DNA of 64,000 nucleotides from Actinomycetes bacterium (GCA_024276495.1 JAJRXC010000107.1:29025-93024), one strand, 5' to 3'; counted from the stretch's first letter, positions 41,047-49,942 are shown. Notes: generated by a model not told the origin, from the sequence alone. Numbers and translations: made by a program.

Positions 41047-43188
41047 GTGACCGACACGACCGAGCAGCAGTCCGCCCCCGACGCGGTTTCGGCGCGCCGA
41101 CGGTTCCGCTACATCCCCGCGCTCGACGGGATGCGGGGGTTCTGGGTCGTTTTCGGTCCGCTGCTCTACCACGCCCGACCCGAGAGCGTGCCGGGCGGCC
41201 CCGACATCCTGCCCGGCGGGATTCTCGGCGTCGACATGTTCTTCGTTCTCTCCAGCTTCCTCATCACCGGGATCGCCCTCAACGAGATCGAGACGACCGG
41301 GCGGCTCGATCTCGTCGCCTACGCCGGTCGTCGGGTCCGGCGGCTCTTCCCGGCGTTGTTCACCCTGCTCGCGTTCCTCGCCGTCTACGCGGCGTTGAGC
41401 GATCCCGAGATCGTGCCCCGCTGGACCGGCGCGATGGTGTCGGCGCTGCTCTATGTCGCGAACTGGTACGAGATCGGCAGCGGAATCGACTACTTCGAGC
41501 AGTGGCAGAACCCGTCGCCGCTCAAGCACGTCTGGTCGTTCTCCATCGAGGAGCAGTTCTACCTGTTCGCGCCCTTGTTCATCATCGCCTGCCACCGCCT
41601 CTTCCCGAAGCGGTTCCGCACCGCGTTGCTGGTCGCGTCGATCGGTGGCGCGTTGCTCTCGGCGTGGTGGATGTCGCGGGTTCACATCGCGGGTGCCGGT
41701 GATCCCTCCCGGGCCTACTACGGCACCGACACCCGGGCCCAGGCGTTCTTCGTCGGGATCTCGATGGCCGTCATGGTCCGGATGTGGGGGCCGATCCGAA
41801 AGCCGATCAACGGCACGCTCACCGCCGTGCTCGCCTACCCGGCGACGATCTGGTTCTTCTGGGCGGTCACCAACGTGTCCGAGCGCGACGACTGGATGTT
41901 CGAACAGGGCGGGTTCCTGCTCGCCGCGGTGATGGCGGCGATCATCCTCCACGGTCTTTCCCAGCCCGCGCCGTGGAGTCCGCTGCACCGGATCTTCGAG
42001 TCGGCCGCGTTTCGCTACGTGGGCCGCATCTCCTACGGGCTCTATCTCTACCACTGGCCCGTGTACCTGCTGGTCACGCCGGAGCGAGCCGAACGGCTGA
42101 CCACGATCGACAACCCGAGCGGCTACGTCCTGCTCTCCATCCATCTCACGATCACGTTCATCTTGGCTGCGGTGTCCTTCGAGATACTGGAGAAACCGTT
42201 CGCCAAACGGCGCTTTCCGCTCACCGGGATCACGCTCGATCTCCGCAACGGCACCCTCGCCGGTTCGTTCGCGATCATCGCGATCCTCGCCGGTTTGTTG
42301 TGGGCGAACAGTGATCGACCCAACGACGTCGAGCAGGTGCTGATCCCGGCCGCGGTCGTGCCGGACACCCTCGACGCGGCACCGGGAGTCGAGGTCGACT
42401 TCGGTCGGGAGGACATCGTCGGGGTTCCCCAGGACGCCGCGGTGCCCGTCGACGTCCTCGACGCGCCGACCGAGTCCGCCACCCGGATCCTCGTCGTCGG
42501 TGATTCGGTGTCGGCCCAGATCGGCTGGGCCCTCTACACCTGGGGTCAGGACAATCCCGGCGAGATCGTCGTCTTCAACGAGAGCCACCTCGGCTGCGGC
42601 GTCGTGCGCTACGGCGACAAGAGGGTCAACGAGACCGATGTCGGACCGGTCGGCGACGTCTGCTCCAACTGGAACGTGCCCGTCGCGCCGCAAGACGTCG
42701 CCGACACCGAGATCGTGTCGTGGCCCACCGCGATCGAACTGTTCCAGCCCGACATCGTTCTCGCCCACGTCTCGTCGTGGGACGTGGCCGACCGCATCGT
42801 CCCCGGCGTGGCCGAGGACTGGACCGCGATCGGCGACCCCGCGTTCGACGCCTACGTGCTCGACGAGTACACCGAGGCCAACCGGGTGCTCACGGCCTCC
42901 GGTGCCGACGTCTACTGGCTGATGTCGCCCTATCTGAACCGGTCGCTGCTCCCGGAGGACCACCAGGCCCGGGTCGACGGACTCAACGCGATCGTGGAGC
43001 AGGCGGTGGCGACGGTACGCGAGACATCCCCACCGGGGGGCTCGATCACACTCGTCGACTATCCGGGCTGGATCGGCCCGGTCGGCGAGAGCCGTGACGT
43101 GGAGCTACGAGATGACGGGGTGCACCTGACCGACCTCGGATTCGAGGAGGTCGCCCCCTGGTTGATCGGGGAGATGGGTCTGTCGTGA
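41047..43188 (+). CDS. Acyltransferase-3 (AT3) membrane domain fused to an SGNH hydrolase domain (OafA-like O-acyltransferase), paralog 1
   Basis: N-terminal FRYIPALDGMRGFWV...LLYH with about 10 TM. C-terminal SGNH blocks VVGDSVS, HLGCG and DDGVHLT. Confidence 0.85.
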   Translation: MTDTTEQQSAPDAVSARRRFRYIPALDGMRGFWVVFGPLLYHARPESVPGGPDILPGGILGVDMFFVLSSFLITGIALNEIETTGRLDLVAYAGRRVRRLFPALFTLLAFLAVYAALSDPEIVPRWTGAMVSALLYVANWYEIGSGIDYFEQWQNPSPLKHVWSFSIEEQFYLFAPLFIIACHRLFPKRFRTALLVASIGGALLSAWWMSRVHIAGAGDPSRAYYGTDTRAQAFFVGISMAVMVRMWGPIRKPINGTLTAVLAYPATIWFFWAVTNVSERDDWMFEQGGFLLAAVMAAIILHGLSQPAPWSPLHRIFESAAFRYVGRISYGLYLYHWPVYLLVTPERAERLTTIDNPSGYVLLSIHLTITFILAAVSFEILEKPFAKRRFPLTGITLDLRNGTLAGSFAIIAILAGLLWANSDRPNDVEQVLIPAAVVPDTLDAAPGVEVDFGREDIVGVPQDAAVPVDVLDAPTESATRILVVGDSVSAQIGWALYTWGQDNPGEIVVFNESHLGCGVVRYGDKRVNETDVGPVGDVCSNWNVPVAPQDVADTEIVSWPTAIELFQPDIVLAHVSSWDVADRIVPGVAEDWTAIGDPAFDAYVLDEYTEANRVLTASGADVYWLMSPYLNRSLLPEDHQARVDGLNAIVEQAVATVRETSPPGGSITLVDYPGWIGPVGESRDVELRDDGVHLTDLGFEEVAPWLIGEMGLS

Positions 43189-45290
43189 CGGCCCCGGAGC
43201 GGCCGAAGTTCCGCTACATCCCGGCCTTCGACGGAATGAGAGGTTTTTGGGTCGTGGTCGGCCCGCTGCTGTACCACGGGCGTCCCCAGAGCATTCCCGG
43301 CGGCCCCGACATCGTCCCCGGTGGCATTCTCAGCCTCGACCTGTTCTTCGTTCTCTCCAGCTACCTGATCGTCAGCATCGCGCTCCGGGAGTGGGACGGC
43401 ACCGGACGGATCGATCTCGTCGCCTACGCCGGGCGCAGGGTCCGAAGACTTTTCCCTGCCCTCTTCGTCGCCCTCGCCTTCTTGAGCATCTATCTCGCCG
43501 CGGTGAACGATCCGGAGATCATCGACCGCTGGACCGGTGCGATCGTGTCGGCCCTGACCTACAGCGCCAACTGGTTCGAGATCGTCTCCGGCTTCTCCTA
43601 CTTCGAGCAGTTCGGCTCGGCGTCACCGTTGAAACACGTCTGGTCGTTCGCGATCGAAGAGCAGTTCTACGTGTTCGCCCCGCTGTTCCTGATCGCCGGG
43701 CTTCGGTGGGGCGGCCGGCGGGGCCGACAGATCCTCCTGGGGATCGCCGTCGCCGGGGCGCTCACGTCGGCCTGGTGGATGGCGCAGGTGCACGTGGTCG
43801 GGCAGGACCCGTCTCGGGCCTACTACGGCACCGACACACGGTCGCAGGCGCTCTTCGTGGGCATCGCGATGGCGTTGGCGGTGAACCTCTACGGCGAACC
43901 GAGAACGGGTCGGGGTCGACGGCTGGCCGCGCTGATCGCATACCCGGCCACCGCCTGGCATCTGTGGGCCGTGCTGACCGTGACCGAACGTGACGCGTGG
44001 CTTTTCGAAAACGGCGGGTTCCTGCTCGTCGCGGTCACGGCGGGCCTCGCCATGTTCGGTCTCTCGCAGGACGCGCCGTGGAGCCCGCTCCATCGCCTCT
44101 TCTCGTCATCGCCGTTTCGGTACGCAGGCCGGATCTCCTACGGGCTCTACCTCTACCACTGGCCGATCTATCTGCTGATCACGCCCGAACGGGCCGGCGG
44201 GCTTTTCGGTGTCGATCGGGTGACGGGCTGGTCGCTGCTCGCCTTCCACCTCACGATCACCGTGATCGTGGCCGCCGTGTCGTTCCACTTCATCGAGCAG
44301 CCGTTCGTGAAACGAACGTGGCCGTTCTCGTTCCGCACGCTGGTGCCGTCGACCGCCGCGTTCGCCGCGGCCACCGCGGTCGTCGTGATCCTCGGCGGGC
44401 TTCTCGTCGCCCAGACCCGGCGTCCGGCCGAGATCGTCGAGCGGGTGGTGTTCGTCGAGAGTGCCGCTGCGACCGAGGAGATCGATGGTCTCGGCGCGGC
44501 ACCGGCCGAGTCCCGGCTGGGGGATGAACCCGTCGGGGGCGCGACCGGGGACGCGGCGCGAGCCACCACCGACGATCCCGTGCGCATCCTCACGGTCGGC
44601 GACTCGGTGATGGACCAGATCGGAGTGGCGCTGACCGACTGGACGATCGAGAACCCGTCCGCCGGCATCGTCGCCTTCAACGAGGCCCACATCGGCTGCG
44701 GCACCGTGCGCGAAGGCGACAAGCGGGTGCCGGAGGGCGACGAGGGTCCGGTCGGCGACATCTGCTCCGACTGGGGTGACCGTGTCGATCCCGGGATCGT
44801 CACGGAGTACAACGTCGTCTCGTGGCCGACCGTCGTCGACGTCTTCCGGCCCGACATCGTCATCACCCACGTCAGCCCATGGGATGTCACCGACCGGCGG
44901 ATTCCCGGGATCAACGGAGGTGACTGGACCAACGTGGGCGAGCCGGAGTTCGACACCTACGCCCGAGCCGAGTTCCGCGAGGCCATCGACGTGCTCACCG
45001 CCGGCGGGGCCGAGCTCTACATCCTCGAAGGGGCGTCGCTCAATCGTGAGATCACGCCGCAGAACAGCCCGGAACGGATCGCGGCCCTCAACGAGCTCGT
45101 CGCCGACGTCGCCGCCGAGGCGGCCGAAGCGGGAGCTCCGGTGACGATGGTCGACTACCCGACCTGGATCGGTGCCGTGGGAAGCGATCAGGAGCTGGCC
45201 CGGCGCGACGACGGCGTGCACCTCTCCGACGCTGGCTTGCGTGATGTCGTGCCGTGGCTGCTCGACGACGTTCTCGCCCTCGACCGCTGA
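43185..45290 (+). CDS. Acyltransferase-3 (AT3) membrane domain fused to an SGNH hydrolase domain, paralog 2
   Basis: GTGA overlap with paralog 1. FRYIPAFDGMRGFWV..., TVGDSVM, HIGCG and DDGVHLS. Confidence 0.85.
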   Translation: MTAPERPKFRYIPAFDGMRGFWVVVGPLLYHGRPQSIPGGPDIVPGGILSLDLFFVLSSYLIVSIALREWDGTGRIDLVAYAGRRVRRLFPALFVALAFLSIYLAAVNDPEIIDRWTGAIVSALTYSANWFEIVSGFSYFEQFGSASPLKHVWSFAIEEQFYVFAPLFLIAGLRWGGRRGRQILLGIAVAGALTSAWWMAQVHVVGQDPSRAYYGTDTRSQALFVGIAMALAVNLYGEPRTGRGRRLAALIAYPATAWHLWAVLTVTERDAWLFENGGFLLVAVTAGLAMFGLSQDAPWSPLHRLFSSSPFRYAGRISYGLYLYHWPIYLLITPERAGGLFGVDRVTGWSLLAFHLTITVIVAAVSFHFIEQPFVKRTWPFSFRTLVPSTAAFAAATAVVVILGGLLVAQTRRPAEIVERVVFVESAAATEEIDGLGAAPAESRLGDEPVGGATGDAARATTDDPVRILTVGDSVMDQIGVALTDWTIENPSAGIVAFNEAHIGCGTVREGDKRVPEGDEGPVGDICSDWGDRVDPGIVTEYNVVSWPTVVDVFRPDIVITHVSPWDVTDRRIPGINGGDWTNVGEPEFDTYARAEFREAIDVLTAGGAELYILEGASLNREITPQNSPERIAALNELVADVAAEAAEAGAPVTMVDYPTWIGAVGSDQELARRDDGVHLSDAGLRDVVPWLLDDVLALDR

Positions 45291-45294
45291 CGGA

Positions 45295-45843
45295 TCAACG
45301 ATACCGGTGGGGTTCGGTCCAGGCCCCGGTTGCCGCGTCGAAGGCGCGAGCGGCGTCGGTCATCCACTCGATCCGGCCGTCGCGCGCCGCGGTCGACGAC
45401 ACCTCCAGGAGGTTGTCGGCGACCGGGAGACGGTACCGGTCCGGGACGGGATGGGGCGGCCGGGGGGCGATGGCCAGGCCGGGCAGACGGGCGACGGCCG
45501 CGTCGCGAGCGGCAACGTCGCCTCCGTACCAGGACGGGTCGTTGACCTGGGCCCACTTGTCGGCTCCCATCACCACGATGTCGTAGCCCTCGGCGATGTC
45601 GATGACGAGCTGGGCGTCGGTCACGACGAAGCCGAGTCCGTCGAAGTGCTCGATCGATTCGCGGATCACGGCGATGCGTTCCTCGAAGCGGGGACCAGGA
45701 GCCGAGTCCTTGCCGAGGGCCATGACCGACACGGCCAGGTCGATCCGTGTCAACCCGTGGGTGTCGCGAGCCGCGAGGGCGATCTCCAAGTGGGCCCGGG
45801 TCGGCGGGTTGAACGAGCCCGGATAGACGCCGATGCGAGTCAT
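45295..45843 (-). CDS. Cytidylyltransferase-fold nucleotidyltransferase (NadD/NMNAT-like)
   Basis: GVYPGSFNPPTRAHLEI ((T/H)xxH motif) and EVSSTAARDG (ISSTxxR-like). Start taken at ATG 45843, because ATG 45876 would overlap the ilv promoter. Confidence 0.7.
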   Translation of the reverse strand: MTRIGVYPGSFNPPTRAHLEIALAARDTHGLTRIDLAVSVMALGKDSAPGPRFEERIAVIRESIEHFDGLGFVVTDAQLVIDIAEGYDIVVMGADKWAQVNDPSWYGGDVAARDAAVARLPGLAIAPRPPHPVPDRYRLPVADNLLEVSSTAARDGRIEWMTDAARAFDAATGAWTEPHRYR

Positions 45844-45869
45844 GTCGAGGAGCCAATCACGAATCCACG

Positions 45870-45898
45870 TTGTCATGGCGCCCGACAGTGGTCATACT
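45870..45898 (+). promoter_or_regulatory. Candidate sigma70-type promoter of the ilvBNC leader
   Basis: TTGTCA (45870-45875), a 17-nt spacer, then CATACT (45893-45898). The leader ORF start GTG 45906 lies 8 nt after the -10. Confidence 0.4.
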
Positions 45899-45905
45899 CG
45901 TGCCC

Positions 45906-45950
45906 GTGAACGCGCGTCTCGTCTCCGCCCTCGTAGTAGGCCTCCGCTAG
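45906..45950 (+). promoter_or_regulatory. ilvB leader peptide ORF (Leu/Val-rich, 14 codons)
   Basis: gtg aac gcg cgt ctc gtc tcc gcc ctc gta gta ggc ctc cgc tag = M-N-A-R-L-V-S-A-L-V-V-G-L-R-stop. It uses the rare codons GTA GTA and is followed directly by two stem-loops. Confidence 0.55.
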
Positions 45951-45989
45951 CGCACGTTCGCGACCAGTTTTCCTCCGGAACGTGCGCCA

Positions 45990-46022
45990 CGACCTCCCCA
46001 AGGGAGGTCGTTTCGTGTTTTC
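45990..46022 (+). terminator. Intrinsic terminator (attenuator) upstream of ilvB
   Basis: CGACCTCCC (45990-45998), loop caa, GGGAGGTCG (46002-46010), followed by TTTCGTGTTTTC. It lies about 50 nt before the ilvB ATG. Confidence 0.6.
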
Positions 46023-46075
46023 GGCCCATACTTCCCTGTCCGTTTCGGACACCGACCCATGCACTGCGAGTACCC

Positions 46076-47830
46076 ATGAGCGACAACCAGCAGATGTCCG
46101 GCGGCGAGGCGCTCGTCAAGAGCCTCGAGCACGAGGGCGTCGACGTGATGTTCGGCCTTCCCGGCGGGGCGATTCTTCCCGTGTACGACCCGATCATCGA
46201 CAGCTCGATCCGCCACATCCTCGTGCGTCACGAACAGGGCGCCGGACACATGGCCGAAGGATACGCCCACGCGACGGGCCGGCCCGGCGTCTGCATGGTC
46301 ACCTCGGGTCCGGCCGCCGCCAATGTGGTCACTCCGCTGCCCGACGCGTTCCTCGAATCGGTGCCGATGGTGTGCATCACGGGCCAGGTCCCGTACGCGG
46401 CGATCGGGACCGACGCCTTCCAGGAGTGCGACACGACCGGCATCACGATGGCGGTGACGAAACACAACTTCCTCGTCAGCGACGCGCAGGACATTCCCCG
46501 GATCATCCACGAGGCGTTCCACATCGCGACGACCGGCCGCCCCGGCCCGGTGCTCGTCGACATCCCCAAGGACATCGTCGATCCGGTCAATCCCCGCTCC
46601 GCGATGAGCTGGTACGAGGCGACCGACGCCGACATGGAGCTCCCCGGCTACCGGCCGGTGATGGAAGGCGATCGCGAGCTGATCCGCCGAGCCGCCGAGC
46701 TCATCCGGGATGCGGAACGTCCCGTTCTGTACGTCGGCGGTGGGGTGCTCAAGGCCCGGGCCGCTGATGCGCTCCGGGAGCTGGCGGAGATGGTGCAGAT
46801 TCCCGTCGTCACCACCCTGATGGCCCGGGGCGCGTTCCCCGACAGTCACGAGCTCTGTCTCGGCATGCCGGGCATGCACGGCAACTACACCGCCGTCACC
46901 GCGATGCAGCAGTCCGATCTGTTGATCTCCCTCGGCGCCCGATTCGACGACCGGGTCACCGGCAAGCTCGACGGGTTCGCTCCCGACGCGAAGATCATCC
47001 ATGTCGACATCGATCCGGCCGAGCTGGGCAAGGTGCGCCAGACACTCGTCGGCATCCAGGGTGATTGCCGCGTCGTGATCGAGGGCATCATCGCGGCGAT
47101 GCGGGAGCTCGGCGGAGCCGACGCCCAGGTCGACCGCACCGCGTGGCGCTCGACGGTGTCGGGTTGGCAGGAGAGGTTCCCGCTCGTCTACGAGCAGTCG
47201 GCGCCCGGCGAGAAGCTGAAGCCGCAGTACGTGATCGAGGAGCTGCGGGACCACAATCCGAGCGACACGATCGTCGCGTCCGGCGTCGGCCAGCACCAGA
47301 TGTACACGAGCCAGTGGTGGCGCTTCGATCACCCCTACACGTTCGTCAACTCCGGGGGGCTGGGGACGATGGGGTTCTCGATCCCCGCGGCGATCGGCGC
47401 CAAGGTCGGCATGCCCGACCGTCGGGTCTGGGCGGTCGACGGCGACGGCTGCTTCCAGATGACGGCCCAGGAGCTGGTCACCGCGTCGGTCGAGAACATC
47501 CCGATCAAGGTCGCGCTGCTCAACAACTCGTATCTCGGCATGGTGCGACAGTGGCAGGAGATGTTCTACGACGAGCGCTACAGCGAGGTTTATCTCCAGG
47601 ACCGCATCCCCGACTATGTGAAGTGGGCCGAGGCGATGGGCTGTGAGGCGATCCGGGTCGAGTCACCCGAGGAGGTCGCCCCGGCGATCGACAAGGCGAA
47701 CGAGATCAACGACCGTCCGGTCGTCGTGGAGTTCCGCACCGACGCCCGCGAGAACGTGTTCCCGATGGTGCCGTCGGGGAAGACGAACTCCGAACTGGTC
47801 GTCGACCCGAGTCAACAGGATCGTCTCTGA
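46076..47830 (+). CDS. ilvB: Acetolactate synthase large subunit
   Basis: MSDNQQMSGGEALVKSLEHEGVDVMFGLPGG, TPP motif GGLGTMGFSIPAAIGAK...DGDGCFQM...NN. The ORF's upstream extension from 45833 is non-coding leader. Confidence 0.95.
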   Translation: MSDNQQMSGGEALVKSLEHEGVDVMFGLPGGAILPVYDPIIDSSIRHILVRHEQGAGHMAEGYAHATGRPGVCMVTSGPAAANVVTPLPDAFLESVPMVCITGQVPYAAIGTDAFQECDTTGITMAVTKHNFLVSDAQDIPRIIHEAFHIATTGRPGPVLVDIPKDIVDPVNPRSAMSWYEATDADMELPGYRPVMEGDRELIRRAAELIRDAERPVLYVGGGVLKARAADALRELAEMVQIPVVTTLMARGAFPDSHELCLGMPGMHGNYTAVTAMQQSDLLISLGARFDDRVTGKLDGFAPDAKIIHVDIDPAELGKVRQTLVGIQGDCRVVIEGIIAAMRELGGADAQVDRTAWRSTVSGWQERFPLVYEQSAPGEKLKPQYVIEELRDHNPSDTIVASGVGQHQMYTSQWWRFDHPYTFVNSGGLGTMGFSIPAAIGAKVGMPDRRVWAVDGDGCFQMTAQELVTASVENIPIKVALLNNSYLGMVRQWQEMFYDERYSEVYLQDRIPDYVKWAEAMGCEAIRVESPEEVAPAIDKANEINDRPVVVEFRTDARENVFPMVPSGKTNSELVVDPSQQDRL

Positions 47831-48321
47831 TGAGCGCCGAACGGTTCCACACCATCGTCACCACGGTCGAGAACAAGCCGGGTGTGCTGGCCCGGGTGGC
47901 CGGCCTCTTCTCCCGTCGAGGATTCAACATCGAGTCGCTCGCAGTCGCACCGACCGATGACGAGCGGTTCAGCCGCATCACGTTCACCGTCGATGTCGAG
48001 TCGGCCCCCCTCGAACAGGTCGTTAATCAGCTCAACAAGCTGATCAATGTCGTCGACATCAAGGAGCTCGACCCGGCCGATTCGGTGTCCCGGGAGCTCA
48101 TGCTCGTCACCGTCTCGGCTGATTCGTCGCGTCGTGGTGCGCTCATGGACCTGATCGACGACTGGCGGGCGTACGTCCTCAACGAGAACGACGAGCAGAT
48201 CATGTTGTCCTTCTCGGCTCGACCCGCCCGACTCCTCGAGTTCGAAGAACAGCTGCGCCCGTTCGGGATCACCGAGCTGCAGCGCACCGGCCGCGTGGCG
48301 CTTCCGTCGCTCGGTCGCTAG
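47830..48321 (+). CDS. ilvN: Acetolactate synthase small (regulatory) subunit
   Basis: TGATG overlap with ilvB. ACT domain HTIVTTVENKPGVLARVAGLFSRRGFNIESL. Confidence 0.93.
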   Translation: MSAERFHTIVTTVENKPGVLARVAGLFSRRGFNIESLAVAPTDDERFSRITFTVDVESAPLEQVVNQLNKLINVVDIKELDPADSVSRELMLVTVSADSSRRGALMDLIDDWRAYVLNENDEQIMLSFSARPARLLEFEEQLRPFGITELQRTGRVALPSLGR

Positions 48322-48378
48322 TCCCCGACCGTCCAAGTTCAACATCCACCAACCAGACAGAGAAGAGAAGGTTCCGCC

Positions 48379-49413
48379 GTGGCGAACATCTACTACGAAA
48401 AAGACGTCGACCGTTCGGCGCTTGCCGATCGCCGGGTCGCCGTCCTCGGGTACGGATCCCAGGGTCATGCCCACGCCCTCAACATGAAGGAATCGGGCAT
48501 CGATGTCCGGGTCGGGTTGCGGGAGGGCTCGTCGTCGGTGGCCAAGGCCCAAGCCGCGGGTCTGGCCGTGCGTTCGATCGCCGACGCGACCGCCGAAGCC
48601 GATGTCGTAATGATGCTCATGCCCGACACGGAGATGGCCGCCATCTACGAATCCGACGTGGCCCCGAACCTGTTCGAGGGCGACGCGCTGTTCTTCGCCC
48701 ACGGGTTCAACATCCGTTTCGATCTGATCACGCCGGCGCCCGAGCTCGACGTCTGCATGGTCGCGCCGAAGGGGCCCGGCCATCTCGTTCGCCGTACCTA
48801 CACCGAAGGTGGTGGGGTGCCGTGTCTCGTCGCGGTCGAACAGGACGCCACGGGTGGCGCGAAGGCGTTGGCGCTCGCCTACGCCGACGCCATCGGCGGG
48901 GCCCGGGCGGGAGTGATCGAGACGACCTTCACCGAGGAGACCGAGACGGATCTGTTCGGCGAGCAGGCGGTGCTGTGCGGAGGTACGACCCGCCTCGTCC
49001 AGGCCGGATTCGAGACGCTCATCGAGGCCGGCTATCAGCCGGAGGTCGCCTACTTCGAGTGTCTCCACGAGCTGAAGCTGATCGTCGACCTCATGTACGA
49101 AGAGGGAATCGCCGGCATGCGCTACTCGGTGTCCGACACCGCCGAGTGGGGCGACCTCACCTCTGGTCCGCGGGTGATCGACGACCGGGTGAAGGCCACC
49201 ATGAAGACGCTCCTCACCGAGATCCAGGACGGCACCTTCGCCGCGAACTGGGTCGAGGAGAGTCGTTCGGGGCGCGAACGTTTCCACGCGCTCGAGAAGG
49301 CCGGACACGACCACCCCATCGAAACCGTCGGCAAGGAGCTCCGTTCGATGATGCCGTGGATCTCCGCCGGCAAGCAGTCCGTCGCCGAGACCTCCGGCGG
49401 CCAAGGCATGTAG
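48379..49413 (+). CDS. ilvC: Ketol-acid reductoisomerase
   Basis: [25 protein letters not shown], and full-length class I KARI similarity. Confidence 0.95.
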   Translation: MANIYYEKDVDRSALADRRVAVLGYGSQGHAHALNMKESGIDVRVGLREGSSSVAKAQAAGLAVRSIADATAEADVVMMLMPDTEMAAIYESDVAPNLFEGDALFFAHGFNIRFDLITPAPELDVCMVAPKGPGHLVRRTYTEGGGVPCLVAVEQDATGGAKALALAYADAIGGARAGVIETTFTEETETDLFGEQAVLCGGTTRLVQAGFETLIEAGYQPEVAYFECLHELKLIVDLMYEEGIAGMRYSVSDTAEWGDLTSGPRVIDDRVKATMKTLLTEIQDGTFAANWVEESRSGRERFHALEKAGHDHPIETVGKELRSMMPWISAGKQSVAETSGGQGM

Positions 49414-49430
49414 CCACCCGCCTCCTCCCC

Positions 49431-49460
49431 GCCTCCGCCCCGCCCGCCTCCGCCCCGCCC
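49431..49460. repeat. Perfect tandem duplication of a 15-bp C-rich unit (GCCTCCGCCCCGCCC x2) inside a 47-nt C-rich tract
   Basis: 49431-49445 and 49446-49460 are identical. The tract 49414-49460 is almost G-free on the + strand. Confidence 0.9.
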
Positions 49461-49511
49461 GCTTTTCTGACGCGTTGATCGCGTAGAGCGCGACCAACGC
49501 GTCAGAAAAGC
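49461..49511. terminator. Perfect 17-bp palindromic hairpin between convergent ilvC and a minus-strand gene (probable bidirectional terminator)
   Basis: GCTTTTCTGACGCGTTG (49461-49477) pairs with CAACGCGTCAGAAAAGC (49495-49511). The loop contains an additional 5-bp stem, TCGCG-tagag-CGCGA. There is no U-tract on either side. Confidence 0.55.
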
Positions 49512-49549
49512 AGGGCTCCGGTGGGGGCCCGAGGTCGGCGGGAGAGGAG

Positions 49550-49942
49550 TCAGGGGAAGAGGTTGCGGGCGAGCCAGGAGAGCTGCATGAGCGCGGCGAT
49601 CGAGACGGGGCCCACGAACGCGATCATCACCGCCCAGGTCATCCAGCGGATCCAGGGGGGACGATCGGCGAAACGACGTTGGTGGAACGCCGCGTCGAGG
49701 GCATCTCCTTCGGTGTCGGGCGGAAGGTCGTCGGTCAGCACACTGCGGGCGTGGTCGGCGATCTCGTCGCGCACGACGAGCTGGAAGACCCGCTCGGTGA
49801 CGAGATGGGGGGCGATCGAGTGGGCGGGATCGCCGAGCACCGCCGATTCGAGCCCGGCCTCACCCAGACGGGCCTTGGCGAGGTCCGCGTCGAATCGGGT
49901 GCCGAACTCGGCGACGATCGATCTCCCGGGAAGCGGACGCAT
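49550..49942 (-). CDS. Hypothetical protein, DUF2007-like N-terminal domain plus a C-terminal TM helix
   Basis: 130 aa from ATG 49942. IVAEFGTRFDADLAKARLGEAGLESAVLGD...QLVVRDEIADHARSVL, then WMTWAVMIAFVGPVSIAALM. Confidence 0.5.
   Translation of the reverse strand: MRPLPGRSIVAEFGTRFDADLAKARLGEAGLESAVLGDPAHSIAPHLVTERVFQLVVRDEIADHARSVLTDDLPPDTEGDALDAAFHQRRFADRPPWIRWMTWAVMIAFVGPVSIAALMQLSWLARNLFP

Noticed and set aside
40972-42963. 663-aa minus-strand ORF antisense to the first AT3-SGNH gene. Similar antisense ORFs occur at 33894-35825, 30186-32063, 10986-12872, 174-1751, 57729-59546 and 47812-49497.
   Set aside because: All lie opposite genes with clear family motifs and have the Arg/Asp/Gly/Pro-rich composition of GC-rich shadow frames.
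49414-49460. 6C-type small RNA (C-rich loops) after ilvC
   Set aside because: The C-runs are not presented in two hairpin loops, and the tract is a simple tandem duplication next to a terminator-like palindrome.
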